Positions 54,730 through 62,812 of a stretch of 64,000 bases of DNA are shown here, one piece after another (the first letter of the stretch is position 1; every line of letters begins with the position of its first letter). Both the position numbers and the translations under genes were made by a program. Under the pieces are notes generated by a model. That model saw nothing but the letters and a program-made list of their open reading frames with translations. It made no database searches and was not told the origin of the DNA. Where the stretch lies: NCBI GenBank assembly GCA_963768855.1, contig CAVYJM010000006.1, positions 736,001 through 800,000 on the forward strand, written 5' to 3'. This DNA comes from an uncultured Thermoplasmata archaeon (GTDB lineage Archaea > Thermoplasmatota > Thermoplasmata > RBG-16-68-12).

Positions 54730-56160
54730 ATGGCGGTACTGCGGACGAAGTTCCTCGAGCGTGGCGAAGAAGACCTGATTCACGAGCAGAGCCTGAAGAG
54801 TCTGCAGGAAATCGGCGTCCTGATCCACAGCCCCGGCGTGCTCCAGATGCTGAAGGAGGCGGGGGCCGATGTCGACCTCAAGACGGAGATCGCGAAGATC
54901 CCGGAGTCCCTCGTCAAGGACGCGCTCAAGAAGGCCCCGAAGCGGATCCGGTACTGCGGCCGCGACTCGAAGCGCGACTTCGAGATCCCCACCGAGCGGT
55001 GGCCCTTCACCGCGACGAACGGCCTCGCGGTCCACATCGCCGACCTCGAGACCGGGAAGGATCATCCATCCACCCGTGCAGACCTCGCGGGTTTCTCGAG
55101 GCTCGCCGACGCCCTCGATCCAATCGACTACCTCTGGACATCGCTGACCGCCACGGACGTGCCCGAGGTGTCCCATGGTCTCCACGAGCTCTGGATCACC
55201 CTGCAGAACACGACCAAACATGTGGAGAGCATCACGGTGGCGGGTGCGGCCGATGCGAAGGCCCAGATCGCCCTGGCCGCCTTGGTGGCCGGCGGCGAGG
55301 ATGCCTTGAGGAAGCGGCCGCTGATGTCCGTGGTCTCGTGCCCTACGGCACCGCTCACGTTCAACCAGGTCGCGGTGGAGGCCCAGGTCGAGTTCGCAAA
55401 AGCCGGCGTCCCGGTCCTGTCGATGTCCATGTCGATGGGCGGCACGACGAGCCCCGTGACCGTCGCCGGGACGATCGTGAACATCAACACGGAGAACCTC
55501 GCGAGCCTCGCGATCGACCAGGTGGCCGCTCCAGGCTGCCCGCACATCTACACCTCGGATTCCACTCCAGTCGACATGAAAACTGGCTACATCGACTACA
55601 CGGCGTCCGAGACGCCGATGATCTGTGCTGCAGCGGTCCAGATGGCGAGACGGTACAAGCTCCCGTGCATGACGTCTGGATGGGGCGCCGCGGTCGGGAC
55701 GGAGGTCGGACTGCCGGCCTTCTCCGAGCTCGCGGGCATCATGGTCTCCGCCATGGGCGGCACGGACCTCTCCGCGGGAATGGGCGGACTCGACCACGCG
55801 AAGGGCGGCTCGTACGAAATGATGGTGCTCGACGCCGCGATCTGGGAGGACGTGCGCGCCTTCATGCGGGACATGACCGTCTCCGAGGAGACGATCGCGC
55901 TCGATGTGGTGCGGCAGGTGGGGCATGGCAACACCTTCCTGCGGCACCCGCACACCGTCCAGAACTTCCGGAAGGAGCTCTACTTCCGCGATGCCCAGAA
56001 GCTCGGCTGGCAGGCGACCCTTTCGAGCCGCATGATCCCGGAAGCCCGTGGCATCGCGAAGAAGATCCTGAAGGACCACGAGGTGCGGCGTTTCGACAAG
56101 GACGTCCTGCGCGACGGCGACGCGCTCATCCGTGCGTACGAGAAGGAGCACGCGTCCTGA
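54730..56160 (+). CDS. mttB: MttB-superfamily methyltransferase, non-pyrrolysine (copy 4)
   Basis: GGAGGTGA-N5-ATG; IHEQSLKSLQEIGV, PTAPL, GGTTSPVTVAGTIV and RYKLPCMTSGWG. Confidence 0.9.
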   Translation: MAVLRTKFLERGEEDLIHEQSLKSLQEIGVLIHSPGVLQMLKEAGADVDLKTEIAKIPESLVKDALKKAPKRIRYCGRDSKRDFEIPTERWPFTATNGLAVHIADLETGKDHPSTRADLAGFSRLADALDPIDYLWTSLTATDVPEVSHGLHELWITLQNTTKHVESITVAGAADAKAQIALAALVAGGEDALRKRPLMSVVSCPTAPLTFNQVAVEAQVEFAKAGVPVLSMSMSMGGTTSPVTVAGTIVNINTENLASLAIDQVAAPGCPHIYTSDSTPVDMKTGYIDYTASETPMICAAAVQMARRYKLPCMTSGWGAAVGTEVGLPAFSELAGIMVSAMGGTDLSAGMGGLDHAKGGSYEMMVLDAAIWEDVRAFMRDMTVSEETIALDVVRQVGHGNTFLRHPHTVQNFRKELYFRDAQKLGWQATLSSRMIPEARGIAKKILKDHEVRRFDKDVLRDGDALIRAYEKEHAS

Positions 56161-56164
56161 GTCC

Positions 56165-57622
56165 TCACGCCGCCTTCAGGAGCTGCTTGCTCCCTTCGGC
56201 AACGACTCGTGCCAAGTCCTCCTCGACGTCGCGGTCCAGCGGCGTCACCACATGCTCCCGCAGCAGCTCGCGCACCTTCTCGCGGGCGGTATCCTGGATG
56301 GGTCGGATGCCCTCCGTCCTCGCCCGCTCCATGGTCCGCTTGTCCCACAGCGGGGAGTTGCGCATCTCACCCTCCCGGAGATACTTCATCGTGTGACGCT
56401 GCGCGAGGAAGTTGCCCATCGGGCCGACCTTGTCGATCACGTCGAGCGCGAGGCGGTCCTCGTCCACCTCGATTCCTCGCACGATGCGGAAGATGTCCGA
56501 GTAGATCTCGTCGTCGATGACCGCCATCTCGAGGGAGGCGGCGTTCTCCCACGCGCCCCCGATCCCGGAGAGGTTGTCCGCGCCCGCGAGCGCGGGCGGA
56601 AGGGCCGCCATCATCCGCTCGAGGCCGATCTGCAGATCCCATCCGTTCGCGTCCGTCGTGACCCCGTAGACGTCCGCCGTCATGTGGTAGCGGTGGGCGA
56701 TCTGGACGGTCGCCGCGGAGACGAGCCCGAGCTCGGGCAGGCCCCATAGGTTCTTCCCGGAGCGGAGGTCGAGGAAGCTGAGCCGCCCCGAGTACTGGGT
56801 CGGCAGCTTCGGGTCCACGGTCTGGAGGAGCATCACGCCCGCCAGGAGCTCCGCGTTCTGCTGCGCCAGCCCTCCCGCCAGGGAGAGCGGAGCGGTACCT
56901 CCGCCGATCGGGCAGGGCACGACGTCGACGGGGATGCCGTTCTCGGCCGCGAGGACCATGACGTCGCACACGTGGGTGTCGTAGGTGAGCGGGCTGCTGG
57001 GCGATCCATACAGAGTGAAGAAGGGGCGCCTCTGCAGTGCCTCCGCGCCGCCAGCCACGCACGCGCCCATCCGAAGCAGGACGTCCATCTCGGCCGTCCG
57101 CAGGGCGTAACCGGGGACACACTTGGACGTGTTCTTGATCATCGCCTCCACGGTCTTGATGACCAGGAGGGGGCCGGGTGCGTCCGTTGCGACGACGAGG
57201 GGCGATGCGGTGTGGCAGTTCGGGAGCGCGTCCTGGAGGCGCGTGCTCTCCTCGACGTCCCTCAGGGTGGAACTTCGGATCATCCCGGTCTCGGAATCCA
57301 GGATGGCTGGGTTCCCGCCGAGGGCGTGCGCGAACGTGTGCTCCCCGTCGAACGTGACGTCGTTCTTCGGGTCTCGGGCGCAGTAGGTCCCATAGCGGGG
57401 GATGTGGCGAATCGCCTCTTCGACGACGGCCCGCGGGAAGGTCAGGACGTTTTTCCGCTCGGGGTGCCGCAGGGCGCCGAGTTGCTCGAGCCGCCGCCTC
57501 GCGTCCTCGCCGTCGAACCGCGCGCCGGTCCGTTCCAGCAACCGGAGGGACGCGTCGTGGATTGCCTCCACTTGGTCGTCCGTCAGCACCTTGAGACGCG
57601 CCGGATTCCGAATCCCCTGCAT
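56165..57622 (-). CDS. mttB: MttB-superfamily methyltransferase, non-pyrrolysine (copy 5)
   Basis: LTDDQVEAIHDASLRLLERTG, PSSPL, GGTAPLSLAGGLAQQNAE, GLPE and RYHMTADVYGVTTDAN. Confidence 0.9.
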   Translation of the reverse strand: MQGIRNPARLKVLTDDQVEAIHDASLRLLERTGARFDGEDARRRLEQLGALRHPERKNVLTFPRAVVEEAIRHIPRYGTYCARDPKNDVTFDGEHTFAHALGGNPAILDSETGMIRSSTLRDVEESTRLQDALPNCHTASPLVVATDAPGPLLVIKTVEAMIKNTSKCVPGYALRTAEMDVLLRMGACVAGGAEALQRRPFFTLYGSPSSPLTYDTHVCDVMVLAAENGIPVDVVPCPIGGGTAPLSLAGGLAQQNAELLAGVMLLQTVDPKLPTQYSGRLSFLDLRSGKNLWGLPELGLVSAATVQIAHRYHMTADVYGVTTDANGWDLQIGLERMMAALPPALAGADNLSGIGGAWENAASLEMAVIDDEIYSDIFRIVRGIEVDEDRLALDVIDKVGPMGNFLAQRHTMKYLREGEMRNSPLWDKRTMERARTEGIRPIQDTAREKVRELLREHVVTPLDRDVEEDLARVVAEGSKQLLKAA

Positions 57623-57742
57623 GCTCTCGCCTCTCGCGGGTCCCGCGCGCCGCATGCGCGGGTCGCAGGACCCTTCGCGACGGAGGTAGGGGGCTATGAA
57701 GGCTGAGCTCTTACAACTTGGGAAGAAAAGCGACGGCGAGGC

Positions 57743-58672
57743 TCAGGCGTCCCGAGGCAAGGCGTCTTCGAATCCGCGGTAGAGGTTCTCCAGGAGGGAC
57801 GGCACGAGGTCGGGCGGCGTGGCCCGCAACCCGCAGTCGGGCAGGACGAAGGCGAGGTGCTCGGGTGCAGCGGTTCGCACGATCTCCCGCAGCAGAGCCG
57901 CAACCTCGGAAGGTTTCATGACCTCCTCCGGTCGAGAGACCTGGACGTCGATGCACCCCGCCCCGAGGCGAAGGTCGCGGTCCTCCCAGGATCGAGGTTC
58001 GAGCAGGGCGCGGTTCTCCCGTTCCGCCTTGCCCGCGAAGGCCAGGCTCAGGACGGAGATCCGCTCCAGCCGGAACAGCGCGTCGAGGGCCTTCGTGCGC
58101 GCGAGCCCCCCGCAGACATGAAGGCTCATCCGTTCGCGCGGCAACTCAGAAGCGAGGAGATCGAGCCGGTGGATCTCCGGTCCGTAGTCCCGCATGCCCT
58201 GAGAAAGGATCGGCTCATCGAGCTGGAGGCTCGCGCCCCGGCGGCCGAGTTCGCGGGCGATGGGCCCGAGGGCCTCCGTGAGGTCGTCGTGGAGGGATGG
58301 GTCCATCGGCCCCCGGTAGGACGGGCCGGCACCGCTCGCCGCACAGGCGAGGAGGAAGGTCGCGGGTCCCGTGAGGCTCACCTTGAACGCGGCGCCTGGA
58401 TACAGGGACCGAAGTCGGTCGAGGTCGCGGACCTTCGTGAAACGGGCGGGGTCCTCCATGGGCCGGATGCGGCCCGTGATGCGGGGGACCCCGCGCCCTT
58501 CTTGGATTCCCGGGATCTCCGTGTACAGCGACAGCATGTCCCCGCGTTGCTCGCCGTCCGTCAGGAGCTCGATGCCGTGGGCGCGTTGCATTTCGACCGC
58601 GGCCTTCAGGGTCTCGTCCGGAGCACCGCCGAAGGGCGGAAGGCTGCCGATCAGGGTCAGGACGGGTCGCAT
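57743..58672 (-). CDS. Single-domain cobalamin-independent methionine synthase family protein (core MetE / MesA-like)
   Basis: IGSLP, LTDGEQR, LQLDEP, Zn ligands SLHVCG and PDCGL, GCID; 309 aa, no N-terminal folate-binding half. Confidence 0.8.
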   Translation of the reverse strand: MRPVLTLIGSLPPFGGAPDETLKAAVEMQRAHGIELLTDGEQRGDMLSLYTEIPGIQEGRGVPRITGRIRPMEDPARFTKVRDLDRLRSLYPGAAFKVSLTGPATFLLACAASGAGPSYRGPMDPSLHDDLTEALGPIARELGRRGASLQLDEPILSQGMRDYGPEIHRLDLLASELPRERMSLHVCGGLARTKALDALFRLERISVLSLAFAGKAERENRALLEPRSWEDRDLRLGAGCIDVQVSRPEEVMKPSEVAALLREIVRTAAPEHLAFVLPDCGLRATPPDLVPSLLENLYRGFEDALPRDA

Positions 58673-58820
58673 GCGAGGACCTTCTTCCGAGAGATTGCAT
58701 CCCGGCTAATGCGTCCTCGCGCTTCAATGTCGCGGCGGACGGCTCCCCTCGCCGGGCCCGAAGGGCGTCCTCCTGGAGTTCGCATTCCTTCCCGGAAAAC
58801 CTGTACTGCTCTTAGGGAGA

Positions 58821-58832
58821 CATTAAATAAAT
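58821..58832 (+). promoter_or_regulatory. TATA box of the metV-metF-methyltransferase operon
   Basis: CATTAAATAAAT, about 140 nt upstream of ATG 58971. Confidence 0.6.
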
Positions 58833-58866
58833 CCTGGGACGCTCGAATCCCTGGGAGGCCGCTGCA

Positions 58867-58950
58867 ATGCCGGGCGTGTGTACGTTCTCACATCCGATCA
58901 GGGTTCGAGTCCGTTCCGCCCCGCGTGGTCCGCGGTCCCGAAGGACGTAG
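58867..58950 (+). CDS. Possible 27-aa upstream ORF (leader peptide) MPGVCTFSHPIRVRVRSAPRGPRSRRT
   Basis: GGAGG-N8-ATG; stops 20 nt before the metV-like start. Confidence 0.3.
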   Translation: MPGVCTFSHPIRVRVRSAPRGPRSRRT

Positions 58951-58970
58951 GTGTCGCCAGGAGGTGGAAC

Positions 58971-59390
58971 ATGGAGACGAGCGAGCACGTGCCGGAAATG
59001 CTGGAGCCGATTGGGAAAGTCCTGCGTCGGCATCCCAAGGTGAACCGCCAACTCAATCGGGCCCTCGCGCCGTTTGAGAACTCGGCGAAGGTGCTGATGT
59101 TCAGCTGCAACATGTGCGGTCAATGTCTCCTCCACGAGAACGGCTACACCTGCTTGATGAACTGCCCCAAGCAGCTCCGGAACGGCCCCTGCGGCGGCGT
59201 CCGGATGAACGGGCACTGCGAGGTGAAGGCGGACATGGAATGCGTCTGGCTGAAGGCGGAGCGGCGCTCGCGCCGCTTCCCCGGACGCTACCTCTTCCTG
59301 CGGATTCATGCGCCCCTCGACTGGCGGAGGAAAGGAAGCTCCGCCATTCTGAACGCAATCGCAGGGTGGCCGGGTAACGGGAAGGAATGA
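58971..59390 (+). CDS. MTHFR-associated Cys-rich subunit (MetV-like)
   Basis: CNMCGQCLLHENGYTCLMNCPKQLRNGPCGG...CEV....ECVW. Confidence 0.85.
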   Translation: METSEHVPEMLEPIGKVLRRHPKVNRQLNRALAPFENSAKVLMFSCNMCGQCLLHENGYTCLMNCPKQLRNGPCGGVRMNGHCEVKADMECVWLKAERRSRRFPGRYLFLRIHAPLDWRRKGSSAILNAIAGWPGNGKE

Positions 59391-60427
59391 CCATGCTCCC
59401 CGCCGAGCCCCAGCGGGGCCGCTTCGAGCGCGCGCTGCGCTCGGGCCGTCCCGTGGTGACGTGTGAGATCGGCAGCCCGGATGGCGCGGATCCCGCCGAC
59501 ATCCGCAAGCGCGCGAAACTCGTGCGCGACTGGGTCGACGCGGTCAACGTCCCCGACAACACGGGCGGGGTCGTCCACGCGTCTCCCCTCGCGGCGTGCG
59601 CGATCCTCGTCCAGGAGGGAATCGACCCGGTCCTGCACATGACCTGCCGGGACCGGAACCGCATGGCCCTCCAGAGCGACATGCTCGGAGCGGCCCTCCT
59701 CGGAATCCGCAACATCCTGTGCCTCACCGGAGACCACATGATCCACGGCGATCAACCGGAGACCAAGCCGGTCTATGACGTCGACTCCGTGATCCTGCTC
59801 GAGATCGTGAACCACCTGACCCACCAGGGCAAGTATCTCAGCGGCCGAGAGATCGATCCTCCGCCGGACCTGTTCCCCGGCTGCGCCGCGGAACCCTTCG
59901 CCCCTCCCTACGAATACCGACCGCTCCGCCTCCAGAAAAAGGTCGAGGCGGGCGCCCAGTTCGTCCAGACGCAGATCGTGTTCAACGTGGACCGGTTCCG
60001 CGAGTACATGGGCCGGGTGCACGACCTCGGGGTCGACAAGCGGGTCCCGATCCTCGCGGGAGTCGCCCCGATCCGATCCGTCAAGGCCGCGACCTTCATG
60101 CGGGACGAGGTCCCGGGCATGGAAGTCCCGGACCGCCTCGTGCGCCGCATGGCGCAGGCGGGCGACGACAAGAAGAAGCGAGAAGCCGAGGGGATCGCGA
60201 TCTGCGTCGAGATCATCGAGGAGATCCGGAAGATCCCGGGCGTCGCGGGGTTCCACATCATGCCGATCAACTGGGAATCCGCGGTGGCCAAGATCTCCCG
60301 CGAGGCGCACCTGCAGCCCGCCATCGCCTCCCCGAAAGCGCCTGCCGATGTGGCGAAGGCCGTGGCGCCCGCCACGTTCGTCGCGCCCGCATCCGCCGTG
60401 TCTCTGTCGCTCCAGCCGAAGTCCTAG
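59387..60427 (+). CDS. metF: 5,10-methylenetetrahydrofolate reductase
   Basis: VTCEIGSP, NVPDN, HMTCRDRNRMALQSD, LCLTGDH, KVEAGAQFVQTQ and GFHIM. Confidence 0.9.
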   Translation: MTMLPAEPQRGRFERALRSGRPVVTCEIGSPDGADPADIRKRAKLVRDWVDAVNVPDNTGGVVHASPLAACAILVQEGIDPVLHMTCRDRNRMALQSDMLGAALLGIRNILCLTGDHMIHGDQPETKPVYDVDSVILLEIVNHLTHQGKYLSGREIDPPPDLFPGCAAEPFAPPYEYRPLRLQKKVEAGAQFVQTQIVFNVDRFREYMGRVHDLGVDKRVPILAGVAPIRSVKAATFMRDEVPGMEVPDRLVRRMAQAGDDKKKREAEGIAICVEIIEEIRKIPGVAGFHIMPINWESAVAKISREAHLQPAIASPKAPADVAKAVAPATFVAPASAVSLSLQPKS

Positions 60428-60438
60428 GAGGAGATTCG

Positions 60439-61347
60439 ATGAGGACCAATTTGTCGTCTGCAAAGAAGACTGTCGTGATCAGCCCGGACGATCCGTTCGT
60501 CGTGATCGGGGAACGGATCAACCCCACGAACCGCAAGAAGCTGGCCGAAGAGCTCCGCCGGTTCGACTACACGCGGGTGAAGGCCGACGCGTTGGCCCAG
60601 GTTGCGGCCGGCGCCCAGGTCGTGGATGTGAACTGCGGCGTGCCCGGGGCCGACGAGCCCGCGATCCTCAAAGGCGCCGTGGAAGTCCTCCAGGCCACGA
60701 TCGACGCCCCGTTGTCCCTTGACTCCTCCGTCGTGGAGGCGCTCGAGACCGCCCTCCCCGCGTACAAGGGGAAGGCGCTGATCAACTCGGTGACGGGCGA
60801 CGATCGCCTCCTGGACCGCCTCCTCCCGGTGGTCAAGAAGCACAATGCCGCGGTGATCGGCATCACGCACGACGAGTCCGGGATCAAGAACGATTCGAAG
60901 GCCCGGCTCGCGGTCGCCGAGAAGATCGTGAAGCGAGCGATGGAGCACGGGATCCCGAAGGAGGACGTGATCATCGACCCCATCTGCATGCCCATCGGCG
61001 CGAACACGAAGCTCGGCGCGATCACGCTGGATACGATCCGGCTGGTGAGGCAGGAGCTCGGGGTCAACATCTCCATCGGAGCGGGCAATGTCGGCTTTGG
61101 CCTGCCCGACCGGCCGACCCAGACTGCCGCGATCATCCTGCTCGGGATGTCCTTGGGGCTCACCGCCTCGATCGCGAACCCGCTCGAGCACGAGATCTAC
61201 CGCGCGGTGCTCGCCGGGGACCTCATGATGGGCCGGGACTCGTTCGGCATGAAGTGGATGGGCTACTACCGCAAGCGCGAGGCGGAGGCCAAGGCCGCCG
61301 CCGCGGCGGCGGGAGCAGCCGCGGAGCCGCCGAAACCCGTCGCGTGA
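60439..61347 (+). CDS. Pterin-binding methyl-corrinoid:tetrahydrofolate methyltransferase (MtgA/AcsE/MetH folate-domain-like)
   Basis: IGERINPT, VDVNCG, LSLDSS, LINSV, IIDP and GAGNVGFGLPDR. Confidence 0.88.
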   Translation: MRTNLSSAKKTVVISPDDPFVVIGERINPTNRKKLAEELRRFDYTRVKADALAQVAAGAQVVDVNCGVPGADEPAILKGAVEVLQATIDAPLSLDSSVVEALETALPAYKGKALINSVTGDDRLLDRLLPVVKKHNAAVIGITHDESGIKNDSKARLAVAEKIVKRAMEHGIPKEDVIIDPICMPIGANTKLGAITLDTIRLVRQELGVNISIGAGNVGFGLPDRPTQTAAIILLGMSLGLTASIANPLEHEIYRAVLAGDLMMGRDSFGMKWMGYYRKREAEAKAAAAAAGAAAEPPKPVA

Positions 61348-61429
61348 ACGTCGCGCCGGGGCCATCACCCGGGGTCGCCACCGGAAAGGTCTATCTTCCG
61401 GTCCGCGTACGAGGAATCGAGGCGGAGGC

Positions 61430-62785
61430 GTGGCGAAGTCGTCCAAACCCAGGGTCGGCGCGAAGGGCTCGTCCGAGTACTACTGGAAGAAGTACGAGCA
61501 GTACTTCCCGAAGTATTTCTGGGCCGACGAGACGCGGCTCGCGAACATCGTCCTCAAGAGCGCGAAGGGCTCGACGCTCGTCGACATGGACGGCAAGGAG
61601 TACATCGACCTCACGAGCCAATGGTCGACGAACAACCTCGGGAACGTCCATCCGGAGATCCTGGCGGCCACGGTCGACGCGCTCGAGCGGTACGGCTTCC
61701 TGATCTACTTCATGAACCCCCACCTCCCGATGATCGAGCTGGCGGAGAAGCTCCTCGAGATCCGGCCTTCCCCCAACCTCACCCGGGTCTTCCTCGAGCT
61801 CTCCGGAACCGGAGCGTCCGAGGCCGCCGTCAAGCACGCAATCGAGGGCACGCATCGCCCGCTGATCCTGAGCTTCATGGGCCAGTACCACGGCCTGAGC
61901 ATCGGGGCGACCGCCTTCGGGAGCTTGGGCGCGCGGTGGCGGCGATACTGGGAGGCGTTCTCCGGGGGAGCCGTCCACGCCCCCTATCCGCGGCCCTATC
62001 GCAAGCCGGAAGGGATGACGGACGCGGAGTACGGCGACTTCTGCCTCACGTTCCTGGAGGACCAGATCCTCCGCTATGTTGCGCATCCCGAGCGGATCGC
62101 GGGCCTCATCCTCGAGCCCGTGGCGCTCGAGGCCGGGGTCTGGATTCCGCCCGTCAACTTCGTGCGCGGGCTGAAGAAGCTGGCAGAGCAGTACGATTGG
62201 TTCTTCATCGCGGACGAGGTCGAGGCGGGACTCGGCCGTTGCGGGAAGATGTGGAGTATCGAGCACTTCGGCGTGTCTCCGGACATGATCTCGATCGGCA
62301 AGGCGCTCGGCGGCGGCCTCATGCCCATCTCCGCGGTCCTGGGGACCGACCGCGCGATGAGCGAACACGAGGTCGTCGCGGGGACGACGTTCGGCGGCCA
62401 TCCAGCCGCCTGCGTGGCGGCGAGCACCGCGATCGGCATCATGGTGCGGGACCGCATCGCCGAGAGGTCCGCGCGGCTCGGGGCCAAGGCGCTGAAGCGC
62501 GTGAAGGAGTGGGAGGATCTCCCCCTCGTCGGGGAGGTGCGAGGACTCGGCCTGGCGATCGGGGTCGAGCTCGTCTCGAGCAAGAAGTCGAAGGCCCGTG
62601 CTCTGAAGGCGACGCGATCCGTGTTCTTCGACTGTGTCGAGCACGGTGTCGTCCCGCTCTACGACTATGACATGAACGTTCTGCGAATCCAGCCGCCGCT
62701 CACGATCGAAGAAGCTTATCTGGATCGCGCCCTCGACGTGATGGAGGAATCTCTCCAGCGCGCGTCTCGTCGGGGAGCGGATTAG
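61430..62785 (+). CDS. Class III PLP aminotransferase (GabT/putrescine aminotransferase-like)
   Basis: DGKEYID, GNVHP, SGTGASE, YHG, ILEPV, FIADEV..GLGRCG, GKALGGG and TTFGGHP. Confidence 0.9.
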   Translation: MAKSSKPRVGAKGSSEYYWKKYEQYFPKYFWADETRLANIVLKSAKGSTLVDMDGKEYIDLTSQWSTNNLGNVHPEILAATVDALERYGFLIYFMNPHLPMIELAEKLLEIRPSPNLTRVFLELSGTGASEAAVKHAIEGTHRPLILSFMGQYHGLSIGATAFGSLGARWRRYWEAFSGGAVHAPYPRPYRKPEGMTDAEYGDFCLTFLEDQILRYVAHPERIAGLILEPVALEAGVWIPPVNFVRGLKKLAEQYDWFFIADEVEAGLGRCGKMWSIEHFGVSPDMISIGKALGGGLMPISAVLGTDRAMSEHEVVAGTTFGGHPAACVAASTAIGIMVRDRIAERSARLGAKALKRVKEWEDLPLVGEVRGLGLAIGVELVSSKKSKARALKATRSVFFDCVEHGVVPLYDYDMNVLRIQPPLTIEEAYLDRALDVMEESLQRASRRGAD

Positions 62786-62812
62786 GTCTTCCCCTCGTCT
62801 GGGCGGGTTTCT

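Noticed and set aside
33415-57622. Pyrrolysine (amber) recoding in the MttB genes
   Set aside because: All copies are open through the Pyl-equivalent position with sense codons, and no pyl genes or tRNA-Pyl are in the window.
58901-58912. Third tRNA gene suggested by GGTTCGAGTCC
   Set aside because: The flanks do not form a T-stem, acceptor stem or anticodon arm.
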